A stretch of DNA of 64,000 nucleotides from a bacterium (lineage in GTDB: Bacteria > Hinthialibacterota > Hinthialibacteria > Hinthialibacterales > Hinthialibacteraceae), in the NCBI GenBank assembly GCA_963662285.2, contig CAXXMV010000001.1, positions 416,001 through 480,000 of the forward strand, read 5' to 3'. Every line of letters starts with the position of its first letter. The stretch's first letter is position 1. Both the position numbers and the translations under genes were made by a program. A model generated the notes under the pieces. It was not told the DNA's origin. It worked only from the letters and a program-made list of their open reading frames with translations, and did not search any database. This document shows, piece by piece, positions 38,794 through 48,526 of this stretch.

Positions 38794-41177
38794 CTATTCT
38801 TCTAGTCAGTATTTTTCTATTCATGCATGAAGTTATCGCACAACCAACGCCTACGCCAACACCGGTATTACCTGAAGGTTATGACTGGAAATACAATCCA
38901 GATAATGGGCATTATTATGCATATGTTGACCAGACAATGAGTTGGAAAGGTGCATATAATTTTGCACAAGAATTAGGGGGATATATTTTAACTATCACTG
39001 ATGAACAAGAACAACAATGGTTAATTTCAACATTTTCTAGCAGTTATGGAGGATTTATAGGATTACAATATGACGGGAAATGGAAATGGATTACTGGTGA
39101 AAGTTATAGTTACAATAATTGGGCTCCTGGCGAGCCTTCTGGTGATGGATCAATTGTTGAAATAAGTGGAATAGGGTGGAATGATCGACCAGATACTCAT
39201 GAAAAACCTTTTATGGTTGAAATTGACCAAGTACCTGTTCTTACACCAACCCCAAAGATAACACCAAATCCAACCCCTACGCCAGAAATTTGGTCATCTC
39301 TTAATGGAGAAACTCTAGAAGATAATTACCTCACCGCAGGAGCGCCAGCTGGATATACGCAAGGAAGAATTAAGTTTGGAGAGATACCTGAAGGCGAGGG
39401 TTCTGATGGTAGGGGTATGGAGATCAAACTGGCGCCGGGCCAGGGCGTTTTCATTTCGTCATTCAAAGATTTTGCAATGCCGTCACTGGTTCATTTATCC
39501 GGCAGTTTTCGCGCTGATAATAAAGATGTGGCTATCGCTTTGGTTGGATTGAATAGCCCGGTTGATGGACAGATCGGATATACCAATGTCCGGGGAGAAG
39601 AAGTTCCGGTTAATGACTACCGTAAATTCAATCTCATTTTCGCCCCGCCTTCAGGCAACGTGCAGTATGCCATCCAGGCGGTTAACTCGCCATTCTCAAC
39701 TATATCATCTACGGTTTGGGTGGATAACATTGAGGTTAAATCTTATGAACCAATCGTTGATTTTGAACCAGTCGCGCTGGAAGTTGATGGCAACTTCGAA
39801 GGTGGTTTAGAATCGCTTATGGTTAATATAAATGGCGATGATGGAACCGTTATTCCATTTTTTGAAACAATTACCGATATTGCTTTGCGTATGTCAATTG
39901 AGCCTTCCAATATCGCCGCCAATATCGGAACTACCTGCCAGGGAATCTATGACCAATTCCCATTTAGTCTGCTGGGGCAAGTGAGCGTAAAACGTGAATC
40001 AATGCCGGGCGGAGGCATGATGGCCTTGGTTATAACCAACGGCTTCCAAAATCTTGGTATATTCCGATTCGCCGACCAAATCAAGACGATAAATGACGTG
40101 CAAGATGAAATGCTGATCATCGGCGGAGATTTCAACACAAATAACCCTGATATCCCGATAAGCGCATTCGTACAACTCGGCGGCCCCGGCGCTGATGTCT
40201 CGGTGGTGGTTGATGATATTGAAATATTTAAGGATGGTTATCCATATACTATAGTATACCCAACTCAAAATCCTTCATCTCCATCTCCAACCTATATAAA
40301 TACTCCTATTAGCATAAGTACGCCAACACAAAAACAAGTTCCTTTATTTACACCAACTTCTTCTTCAACACCAACACAAGTTCTTTTATTTACTCCGACC
40401 TCTTCTCCAACACCACAACTAATTCCTTCACCAATTCCAACTCCTTCGCCAACTCAATATATATTTGATGGACCAATAACAATAAATGGTTTTGTTAAAG
40501 CACAAGTACCTAGTGGACGCGTTTATAATGCTCAAATATCATTTAATGAGTTTATTGAAATCACTGTGGATAGTAAATATTCGATTACTCTACCAAAACC
40601 AGGTATATATAAAATTCAATTATATGTACCCAATCTTCCAAAGATGGAAATAGTAGAAGAATTTTTAGAGTCAATGGAGTACAATATTATTTATAATTAT
40701 GGTGTTATTATTACACCAACACCTTCAAATGAAGACCCAATAAACAAAACTCCTACGGCAACTATAACACCTACAATTATTATTAGCCCATCTCCAACTG
40801 CAACTCCATTATTTCCATCCCAAACTGAGATGCATGGAGATTGGTTACTTAAGCTTGGGCGTGGTGCTAGCGGATTTACTTCAGATACTTATATTGTGAA
40901 ATTATTATCGGGGAATATTCTTGTAATTGATGATCCTGAAATCGGTGTAATCCAAGGAACGTATTCATATAATGACAAAACAGGTTTATTCAATGGACAA
41001 TACAGTAAAAGCGGAAATCTCTCGAATTTAGGAAGATATCAACTCAACGGTGAGTTCTCTGGACAAATGAATGTCAATCAAGAACTGGTAGGTGTAATAA
41101 AAATCACTCAGATATCGTTCGATTTGGGTATATCTGTTTCTGATGATGCTGATTTTATTGGTAGAAAAATCGATTAA
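38769..41177 (+). CDS. Secreted mosaic protein B: signal peptide, C-type lectin domain, conserved ~320-aa core, PT linkers, unknown C-terminal domains
   Basis: CLECT motifs (NGHYY, WKWITGE..SYNNWAPGEPS, WND); core nearly identical to protein A; AT-rich C-terminus unrelated to A. Confidence 0.88.
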   Translation: MKRSITLTTILLVSIFLFMHEVIAQPTPTPTPVLPEGYDWKYNPDNGHYYAYVDQTMSWKGAYNFAQELGGYILTITDEQEQQWLISTFSSSYGGFIGLQYDGKWKWITGESYSYNNWAPGEPSGDGSIVEISGIGWNDRPDTHEKPFMVEIDQVPVLTPTPKITPNPTPTPEIWSSLNGETLEDNYLTAGAPAGYTQGRIKFGEIPEGEGSDGRGMEIKLAPGQGVFISSFKDFAMPSLVHLSGSFRADNKDVAIALVGLNSPVDGQIGYTNVRGEEVPVNDYRKFNLIFAPPSGNVQYAIQAVNSPFSTISSTVWVDNIEVKSYEPIVDFEPVALEVDGNFEGGLESLMVNINGDDGTVIPFFETITDIALRMSIEPSNIAANIGTTCQGIYDQFPFSLLGQVSVKRESMPGGGMMALVITNGFQNLGIFRFADQIKTINDVQDEMLIIGGDFNTNNPDIPISAFVQLGGPGADVSVVVDDIEIFKDGYPYTIVYPTQNPSSPSPTYINTPISISTPTQKQVPLFTPTSSSTPTQVLLFTPTSSPTPQLIPSPIPTPSPTQYIFDGPITINGFVKAQVPSGRVYNAQISFNEFIEITVDSKYSITLPKPGIYKIQLYVPNLPKMEIVEEFLESMEYNIIYNYGVIITPTPSNEDPINKTPTATITPTIIISPSPTATPLFPSQTEMHGDWLLKLGRGASGFTSDTYIVKLLSGNILVIDDPEIGVIQGTYSYNDKTGLFNGQYSKSGNLSNLGRYQLNGEFSGQMNVNQELVGVIKITQISFDLGISVSDDADFIGRKID
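39273..40238. repeat. ~960-bp inverted repeat, right arm (core of protein B)
   Basis: Reverse complement of ~28765-29730. Confidence 0.9.
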
Positions 41178-41185
41178 ATATGCGC

Positions 41186-41330
41186 GGGTGCCAAGGGTAG
41201 TGTCCTTTCTACCCTTGAAAACCACCTACGATTAAACAAACTTACGCATAGAGTGGGGAGCATCGGCTTCTAGCCGGTGCGTCAAAGGTGGTTTTTTCGG
41301 TGGGTCGGTGAGGCGCGACCCACCCCACGC
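41186..41330. repeat. Cluster of REP-like hairpins between convergent genes
   Basis: GGGTGCCAAGGGTAGTGTCCTTTCTACCCTTG (41186-41217); GCATCGGCT-tct-AGCCGGTGC; GGTGGGTCG-gtgaggcg-CGACCCACC (41299-41324). Confidence 0.75.
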
Positions 41331-41355
41331 TTTGGTGGACTTTTTTTGCGTGGGC

Positions 41356-44300
41356 CTATGCAGCGATGGATTTTTGGTTCTTTAGGAGTTCACCGATTCG
41401 GGCGGTGAACATCATTAGGGTGCCGGTCTGTGATGAATTGTGCGCGTCACGTCCCAGCAGGTAGATGTTGCCGTCGAATATTTCCATAGCGAAGAAGTCG
41501 CATGAATGAGGCAGGTTGATTGAATTACAGGCCCTTGCGGTGAAATGACCCTGCTCATCCCGTGGGAAAAGGTTGATGCTCAGGTTGCGTCCATCGCGCA
41601 TCGGTTCGACCAGCACGCAGCGTTTTTCTGCGGCGTGCATCAAGGCCTTACCCGAATTGCAGGGCGTTTTGGCGATGGCCTGCCAACGTTTGGCGCTGCT
41701 ATCGTCCTGCTTGTATACCCAGAGGTGATCTATATCTTTCCTGGGGATCCCGGCTATGAGAGGTTCGCATCCCGATGAAAGCGCCGCTATCTGACCACCC
41801 TCCAAAACCAGGGGCAGTTCCCTGCTCCATTTTCCGCTTTTGACATTGGCGGCTGATGCAGACAGTATTTGCTGGCCTTCAGAACCGCTGCCTTGAACCC
41901 ATATCTGGCCTTTGTTATAAAAAAGTCTTTGTATTAATTCTGTATCACTTGGGTAAGGAATCTTCTTGCCTTTGACAGGTTTACCGCCTGAAGGCAACGC
42001 GATTTGCAACGCCTGTTTAGCGTCCTTATCGTCTGTTCCGAAAATAAATAAGTTCTGTTTTCTCATAAGGATATGGGCTTGCTTAAAGGGCTGTTTGACT
42101 GCGGCGACCATCGTCAAAGATTTAGGTTTATCATCTCCCGCATCAAACATCAGTTTAAGAGGCGCCTTATAAATCCGCCCATCCTGATTCATAAGTAGAA
42201 CTGAATTCCCCTGGATTTGCGCGGCGATGGCCTGCGGCTGAAAATAGAGCAGATTTGAATTGCCTTCTCCATTATCAATCTCTTCGATCCATTGCTCGCG
42301 CCAATCGCCTGATTCAATCTCTGGATTAATTAACTCTGCAGGATCATCCTCAGCCTGCGCCAGTTTGGATTTCCGCCTACGCAACCCTTCAGCAAGAATC
42401 ATGGACAGCAGCAAAAGCAATCCAACCATCCACCACCAGGAAGCCTCTTTCTTTTCAGACAATCCAGCAAGAGCCATCATCGCAGCGGCGCTTACATCTT
42501 CGATATCATCAGCAGTAGCAAAACGTATTCGTGAGTTATGTCCCCCGGCGCCTTTAACCGGAACAGCCTTACCCATTGATATGGCCGATCCACCCAGGGC
42601 TTTCATCGACCTATCCGTCAGGTCATCAGGCAATCCTACGGAGGATTCATCGGCTTCGTTTCCCGATGAAGGGTATTCTGGATTTCCACCTTGATCATTT
42701 TGGTCTAGCGTATCCTCATCACTTTTTTCGCTATGTACTGCACCCTCATCTTCAATTCCCTGGGAATTCCCGTTGGCAGATTCCTCATTATCCGGTTGTT
42801 CACTCTTGGATTCTTCAATCTTGGGCTGTCCATTATCATCCTGGTCTGATTTATCTGGTTGATTATTTGTTCCAGAACCTTTATCTCCCGATTTTTCAGC
42901 AGGTTCCCGGTTCTGTTGCTTCATTTTCATTGCTTCCTGATCATCTTTTTCCTTTTTCTCTTCAGCTTCTTCTTCAGAATCATTTTTATCAGAATCACCA
43001 CCACCCGGCGCATTGCCTCTACCTGAAGAATTAGAACCTAAACTGCTTTTAGATGGAGATTCAGGACTACTATCAGATTGATCAGGCGAAGATTTATCAC
43101 CCTTTTCCGTTGGAGAAGCGGGAGAATCATCATTTTCGTCCGGTTGTTGCTGATTTGGTTCTGGCTGGTTTTGAGATGCTTCACTTGGCGATGATTGGTT
43201 TGGTGAATCAGATGGATCGCTATTGTCGGGATTTTTATCTTCCGGCGACTCGGGCTGAGGTTGATCCGGTTCCAAACCTGGTTTGTTAGGAGAATCTTCA
43301 GGTTGCTCTACAGAATCATCATTATTTTCTGGATTTGTTTCAGGATTCTTATTCAGTTGAGGAGAATTGGCTTTATCATCAGGAGATTCAGACTTGTTCG
43401 GATTTTTTTGCGGGGCAGAATCATTCTCTGTGGGAGACGCCGAATCATCATTGTTTGGCGCCGCTTGAGACTCGCTGGCAGGACTCTGTGCGGCTGATTG
43501 ATTGTTATTATTGGCTGGTTTCTGAGAATCACTCTGGTTTGGTGGAGATGCATCCGGCCCGGCATTATTGCTTGGCGCATCGGCTGGCTGACTCGACGCC
43601 GCCTGGGCTGATTGACTTGCTTTTTGGGCGGAAGCGGCTTGATTATTTGAAGTTGCGGCGTCTGTCGATCCTATATCGATAGAGGTAAGAGCATCCGGCC
43701 AGGCTTGGACAAATCCCGTTGGACCAGTGAAACTTAAGCCTAATCCCCCGCCAACGCCCGAACCTGCGCTGCCGCCGCTTTTGGTCTGGTTATTCACCAG
43801 ACCATATTCAACATCGCCAGCTTTATCAAAAGTATAAGTCAATTGAAGATCGGGCAGAATTTTGTTGATGCCGGTTTTATTCTTATAAGAGACTTGATAT
43901 TGGAAAAATCTGCCGCTTTCTTTGAGTTTCACCATCTTTTGAGTTAACGTCTTGCTCCAGGGCGAGTATGGTTTATCAATATCAGGGGTGATGCGGTATT
44001 GAATCTTGATATCCTGGGATTGTTCAATATCCCACGAGAATGCCAATAGAGACGCTTTGCGTTTCAAATCAAACTCACCGATTAAATCTGGAAGTGAGTT
44101 AGAGTTACCTGATGAATCAAGTAACTGATTAGCTTGTATTTGAGATATTTGCTGACTCTGTTCCCATTGAATAAATTTGCCTCCGCCAGTAAATAAGCCT
44201 TGCTGCTTGAGCCAGGTAGAATCCTGCTTCAGAATCACTACAGGATCAGAGCGTTGGTTCAGATAGAATCCCATGACTTCGCCAATAGCATCACTGCTTA

Positions 44301-44769
44301 CAGGCGTCCACCGGGCTTTTTTGGCATCTGCTGATGCGTGATATAAAGTCCAGCCATTAGCTCGTTGGACGAATATCCATATTCGTCCATGAGCAATAAG
44401 CATTGAAGAATAAGCGTCGCCTTGGGGCAGAGCGCCCCATTGCATCGCTGGTTCTTGATCATTTAAACGCTTTGAACGGAAGATTAACGGCGGTTGTGCA
44501 GAATGATCGATGGCAAATTGCCAGGAATAGGTAGTATAAAAGGAACCTGCCTGGGAACTTGGATCGAGAAAATTGTTTGTCTCGCTAACTTTATCACCTG
44601 ATAATTCGGATGGAGAAATATTATCCCCGGTTCCCCAGGCAGGAATGAAATGCTCTGTTTTATAGTGCCGTATATGCTGTATCTCGCCATGAGCTATAGA
44701 AAAAAATGAAATAACGTATAGCATCAAGGCTGAAAACCCAGCCGTACGTAGTCTCAGTATATTCATCAC
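41356..44769 (-). CDS. Large single-pass membrane protein with ~400-aa S/P/D/N/Q/E low-complexity linker
   Basis: Signal peptide; beta-rich N-terminal domain; acidic disordered tract (~42610-43780); TM WWWMVGLLLLLSMILAEGL followed by RRRKSK; beta-rich C-terminal domain. Confidence 0.8.
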   Translation of the reverse strand: MMNILRLRTAGFSALMLYVISFFSIAHGEIQHIRHYKTEHFIPAWGTGDNISPSELSGDKVSETNNFLDPSSQAGSFYTTYSWQFAIDHSAQPPLIFRSKRLNDQEPAMQWGALPQGDAYSSMLIAHGRIWIFVQRANGWTLYHASADAKKARWTPVSSDAIGEVMGFYLNQRSDPVVILKQDSTWLKQQGLFTGGGKFIQWEQSQQISQIQANQLLDSSGNSNSLPDLIGEFDLKRKASLLAFSWDIEQSQDIKIQYRITPDIDKPYSPWSKTLTQKMVKLKESGRFFQYQVSYKNKTGINKILPDLQLTYTFDKAGDVEYGLVNNQTKSGGSAGSGVGGGLGLSFTGPTGFVQAWPDALTSIDIGSTDAATSNNQAASAQKASQSAQAASSQPADAPSNNAGPDASPPNQSDSQKPANNNNQSAAQSPASESQAAPNNDDSASPTENDSAPQKNPNKSESPDDKANSPQLNKNPETNPENNDDSVEQPEDSPNKPGLEPDQPQPESPEDKNPDNSDPSDSPNQSSPSEASQNQPEPNQQQPDENDDSPASPTEKGDKSSPDQSDSSPESPSKSSLGSNSSGRGNAPGGGDSDKNDSEEEAEEKKEKDDQEAMKMKQQNREPAEKSGDKGSGTNNQPDKSDQDDNGQPKIEESKSEQPDNEESANGNSQGIEDEGAVHSEKSDEDTLDQNDQGGNPEYPSSGNEADESSVGLPDDLTDRSMKALGGSAISMGKAVPVKGAGGHNSRIRFATADDIEDVSAAAMMALAGLSEKKEASWWWMVGLLLLLSMILAEGLRRRKSKLAQAEDDPAELINPEIESGDWREQWIEEIDNGEGNSNLLYFQPQAIAAQIQGNSVLLMNQDGRIYKAPLKLMFDAGDDKPKSLTMVAAVKQPFKQAHILMRKQNLFIFGTDDKDAKQALQIALPSGGKPVKGKKIPYPSDTELIQRLFYNKGQIWVQGSGSEGQQILSASAANVKSGKWSRELPLVLEGGQIAALSSGCEPLIAGIPRKDIDHLWVYKQDDSSAKRWQAIAKTPCNSGKALMHAAEKRCVLVEPMRDGRNLSINLFPRDEQGHFTARACNSINLPHSCDFFAMEIFDGNIYLLGRDAHNSSQTGTLMMFTARIGELLKNQKSIAA

Positions 44770-45148
44770 TCAAAACCCCTATGTAGTACATTAGAAGCCA
44801 TTCTCATGCCGAAATGACAAAAAAATACCGGATTTTCACTTAAGTTTATTAAAATCTGCATGTTAAAATCATCTAAATATCTTTATTGAAATTATTTCGT
44901 GATAATTAGTCGTCAAAATGAAGAAATATAAAAGTAATCAGACATGCAAAATGAGAGAAAATGATACTTATAAGAGTAAAGCAATGCTTTCCAGAAAGGT
45001 CAAAATAATTCCAAGCCCTTGCCTGTAATAAATAGTATGAGTAGAGTTTTTGATTATAGCATTGATCAAGAACAGATCTGCGTGTATATTCCCTATTTCC
45101 ATTAAGTATTAGTCAAACAATATCATAATAAACGTGAGATGATCGATA

Positions 45149-45865
45149 ATGAAAAAAAGAATTTATGCAAACTGGTTTACCGTAGTTACGCTCTGCGTCA
45201 TGATTGGCGCCATGTGTTCATGCGACGGGAACAAGGTTAAGAACGATAAAACCGCTGATAATAGCGTAACCGAACAAAAGGTTAGCAAAGATAACGTTCA
45301 GCCAATTGCTGAAAAGGAGCCTACAGTGAAAGAAGAAAAAGTAGAAAAAGTAGAAGAAGTTGCAATCATGGAAACTTCAGTAGGGACAATGGTTCTACGC
45401 TTTTTCCCGGATGTGGCTCCAGGTCATGTTGAAAATTTCAAGAAATTGGCCAAAAAAGGTTTTTATGACGGAACGCGTTTTCATCGCGTAATAGCTGGAT
45501 TCATGATTCAGGGCGGCGACCCCAATTCCAAAGAAGATGATACAAGACGATGGGGAACTGGCAGCCCGGGTTATAGCATCAAAGCCGAATTCAACAATAA
45601 ACCGCATGTCAAAGGAACGTTATCAATGGCGAGAAGCGCCAATCCCGATAGCGCTGGAAGCCAGTTTTTCATTTGTCATGGCCGTGCAGCATCTCTGGAT
45701 AAGCAATATACTGTATTCGGCGAGGTGATGGACGGAATGGATGTTCTGGATGAAATCGCCACATCCCCTGTTACAAGTTCTCCCTCAGGAGAAAAAAGTC
45801 TTCCCATGAGTCCGGTAACCGTAAAAAGCGTGAAGATCATACCGCTTTCAGAATATAAAAAATAG
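45149..45865 (+). CDS. Cyclophilin-type peptidyl-prolyl cis-trans isomerase (probable lipoprotein)
   Basis: FYDGTRFHRVIAGFMIQGGDP, LSMARS..PDSAGSQFFI, YTVFGEV; Cys-containing signal peptide. Confidence 0.95.
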   Translation: MKKRIYANWFTVVTLCVMIGAMCSCDGNKVKNDKTADNSVTEQKVSKDNVQPIAEKEPTVKEEKVEKVEEVAIMETSVGTMVLRFFPDVAPGHVENFKKLAKKGFYDGTRFHRVIAGFMIQGGDPNSKEDDTRRWGTGSPGYSIKAEFNNKPHVKGTLSMARSANPDSAGSQFFICHGRAASLDKQYTVFGEVMDGMDVLDEIATSPVTSSPSGEKSLPMSPVTVKSVKIIPLSEYKK

Positions 45866-45933
45866 TCGTAGTATTACATTATTATTGTAATAATCTGTAC
45901 GTTGTCTATTTGATAACTAGAATCGAAGAAATC

Positions 45934-46202
45934 GGGTGTGCTAAGCGGGGAATTAGCGGCGTCCTATATCTGCAATCCGCTCTAGCAGAGCTGAATTCCC
46001 TTTCTTCGGGGCGCGGCTGTGAGGCTGCGCTGCATAAGGAGTGTTGACGGCAGGGTCCCATGCGATGTAAGTTCGTGAATTAGGTCAGGTCCGAAAGGAA
46101 GCAGCCTTAAGCGGTTTCTTACATGTGCTTTGGGATTACCCGGCTTGAGCCACCTGTGCAGTGGCGCTTGGAACTGTTGCTTCAACGAAAGGGTGCACAC
46201 CC
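45934..46202 (+). ncRNA. ffs: Signal recognition particle RNA, large bacterial (Alu-domain) type
   Basis: Terminal pairing GGGTGTGC...GCACACCC; helix-8 motif TCAGGTCCGAAAGGAAGCAGC; 5' Alu-like GTGCTAAGCGGGGAATTAGCGGCGTCCT...GCAATCCGC; ~270 nt; directly upstream of dnaX as in Bacillus scr-dnaX-yaaK-recR. Confidence 0.93.
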
Positions 46203-46273
46203 CTTAAAAAATATTGTTTAACTGATGCTGGATTCATTAATCTTTGATTCAATCTGGCCGGACAGAATCCCTC

Positions 46274-48148
46274 ATGGCGTCAACCGAATTTATTGTATCT
46301 GCCATAAAACACCGCCCGACGACTTTCGCCGAAGTTCTTGCGCAAGATCATATCACCCGTACGCTTCAACATAGCCTGGAACGCGGCCAGATCGCGAATG
46401 CCTACCTCTTTTCGGGGCCTCGCGGCACGGGCAAAACCACTACTGCCCGGATTCTCACCAAAGCGCTGAATTGCGAAAATCTAACAAACGGCGAACCCTG
46501 CAATAAATGCGATTCATGCCGTATGAATACTAAAGGGATACATCCTGATGTTTTGGAGATCGACGCCGCTTCAAACACCGGCGTGGAAAATATCCGTGAA
46601 CTGCGCGAAAACGCACGATTTAGTCCGTCGATCGGGAAATACAAGATATACATCATCGACGAATGCCACATGCTTTCAACTCAGGCAAATAATGCTCTGC
46701 TGAAGACGCTGGAAGAACCTCCTAGCCATTGCCGGTTTATTTTCGCCACTACCGAAATCCAGAAAATTCTGCCTACTATCCTTTCACGTTGTCAACGATT
46801 TCCATTCCGCCGGATTCCCGCACAGATTATTGTTGACCACCTGAAAAGCATATTGACGCAACAAGACGAACTGGAATTCGCCGATCCTTCTCAATTGGAA
46901 CAGATTCTGTTTTTGTTGGCCCGGTCATCAGAAGGATGTCTGCGCGACGCGCTTTTCGCCCTTGATCAACTACTGGCCTTTTGTTCTGGCAAACTGGATT
47001 TAGCAGAAGTTGAAGAGATCATGGGCGCTATTGAATTTGATCGGCTGGATCAATATATCCGGGCGATTATTCAACATAACTTGCCCGTCATATTAGAAAT
47101 TATCGAGAAACTCACAAATCAGGGCAAAGAAATATCGCTTTTTTTATCTGAGTGTTTGCAATATCTCAGGAATTTAGCAGTGATTAAGATTGCTCCTAAA
47201 AACACTGACCTTCTTGACCTGCCTGATGAATACCGTAAGCAACTAACTGATACAGCATCACTTACATCTCTGGAACAGATTTTATACATCACTGATCAAC
47301 TTTGGGATACTGAACAGCGCATTCGAAACTCATCAATGGGACGCTTGATTATTGAACTGGCTTCAATCAAAGCTGCCAAAGCGGGTCAAGCTGTTAAAAT
47401 CGAAGACTTGTTAGAAAAATTATCCTCCGGAGAATTTACCAGCGGATCTGTTATTGAGTTTTCAACGCCAGCAGCTTCAGCTGAACCAGCTGTAGTTGCT
47501 CCTCCAGTATCGACGCCCATTACGGCGCCTGCTCCGAAGCCAATCGTTTCTCCTGCGCCTGTAGTCGAAGAACCTATCGATGATTCGGCGCCCCCTCTGG
47601 AAGCGTATGAAGAAACTCCATTCAGGGATGACGAATTTCAAGATTCACCGTCACTGACCGATGAAGAAGAAGATTTACAGCCAACAGTCGATGAAATAGA
47701 TGAATCAACTCCTCAACCAAGCAAAAGCCAGGTTGGCGAAGTAGGATCGCTCAGTACGATGTGGAACCAATTTTTGCATGAGTTGGATGATCCGATGCTG
47801 GCGGGAGCGCTGGAAGGCAGCGTTGCGCTGGAATTTACCAATGAATTATTACGTATTGCCATTCCTTCAGATCATGCTTATAGTCTCAGGACGTTGGAAC
47901 GTCCCAATAATCGCACCAAACTTACTGAGATATTATCAAAATCGTTTGGTACATCATTGACGATTCGCTATGAACAGAGCGATGAATTGAACCAAATCAA
48001 TCAAAAACACGCTCAGCCCGCTGCTGTCGAACCGGTAGTTTCCCGGCAGGAATTGATGGAACAGGTGCAACAAAACAAAATTTTCAGTAAACTAATGGAA
48101 GAAATGCCTGGCAGAGTTATTAATATCAGACCGGTTGAATCAAAATAA
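46274..48148 (+). CDS. dnaX: DNA polymerase III subunit gamma/tau
   Basis: KHRP..F, FSGPRGTGKTTTAR, PCNKCDSC, EIDAAS, IIDECHML, NALLKTLEEPP, TILSRCQRF; ATG 46274 preferred over TTG 46244. Confidence 0.97.
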   Translation: MASTEFIVSAIKHRPTTFAEVLAQDHITRTLQHSLERGQIANAYLFSGPRGTGKTTTARILTKALNCENLTNGEPCNKCDSCRMNTKGIHPDVLEIDAASNTGVENIRELRENARFSPSIGKYKIYIIDECHMLSTQANNALLKTLEEPPSHCRFIFATTEIQKILPTILSRCQRFPFRRIPAQIIVDHLKSILTQQDELEFADPSQLEQILFLLARSSEGCLRDALFALDQLLAFCSGKLDLAEVEEIMGAIEFDRLDQYIRAIIQHNLPVILEIIEKLTNQGKEISLFLSECLQYLRNLAVIKIAPKNTDLLDLPDEYRKQLTDTASLTSLEQILYITDQLWDTEQRIRNSSMGRLIIELASIKAAKAGQAVKIEDLLEKLSSGEFTSGSVIEFSTPAASAEPAVVAPPVSTPITAPAPKPIVSPAPVVEEPIDDSAPPLEAYEETPFRDDEFQDSPSLTDEEEDLQPTVDEIDESTPQPSKSQVGEVGSLSTMWNQFLHELDDPMLAGALEGSVALEFTNELLRIAIPSDHAYSLRTLERPNNRTKLTEILSKSFGTSLTIRYEQSDELNQINQKHAQPAAVEPVVSRQELMEQVQQNKIFSKLMEEMPGRVINIRPVESK

Positions 48149-48193
48149 TTGGCTGACTAAAACATCTGTCCTAAAGGTTAAGGAGCGGTTTTC

Positions 48194-48526
48194 ATGAAAG
48201 GTCTAGGAAATTTAGGCAATATAGCTAATATGATGAAACAAGCCCAGCAGATGCAACAGAAACTGGGCGACTTAAAAGAAGAACTCGAACGAGAAGAAAT
48301 AAGCGCCAGCTCTGGCGGCGGTATGATAACCGTAACCATGAATGGCAAACAAAAACTTACTTCGATCAAGATTGATCCCGAAATTATTAAATCCGATGAC
48401 GCCGCCATGCTGGAAGATTTGATTTTGGTCGCCATCAATGAGGCTCAAGACCGCGTGCAGGAGATGGTCAAAGAACGTATGAGTTCCATCACCGGCGGCA
48501 TCCCCATCCCCGGAATAACCACATGA
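48194..48526 (+). CDS. ybaB: YbaB/EbfC nucleoid-associated protein
   Basis: MMKQAQQMQ, SGGGMITVTMNG, MLEDLILVAINEA; lies between dnaX and recR. Confidence 0.95.
   Translation: MKGLGNLGNIANMMKQAQQMQQKLGDLKEELEREEISASSGGGMITVTMNGKQKLTSIKIDPEIIKSDDAAMLEDLILVAINEAQDRVQEMVKERMSSITGGIPIPGITT

Noticed and set aside
26596-41330. Repeats read as a CRISPR array or integron attC sites
   Set aside because: They are dispersed, in both orientations, without regular unique spacers or cas genes; they lack RYYYAAC/GTTRRRY ends and no intI is present.
45982-46200. 72-aa minus-strand ORF
   Set aside because: Antisense to the SRP RNA gene.
46274-48148. Programmed frameshift producing a gamma subunit in dnaX
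   Set aside because: I saw no A-AAA-AAG slippery site or long A run followed by a stimulatory hairpin.
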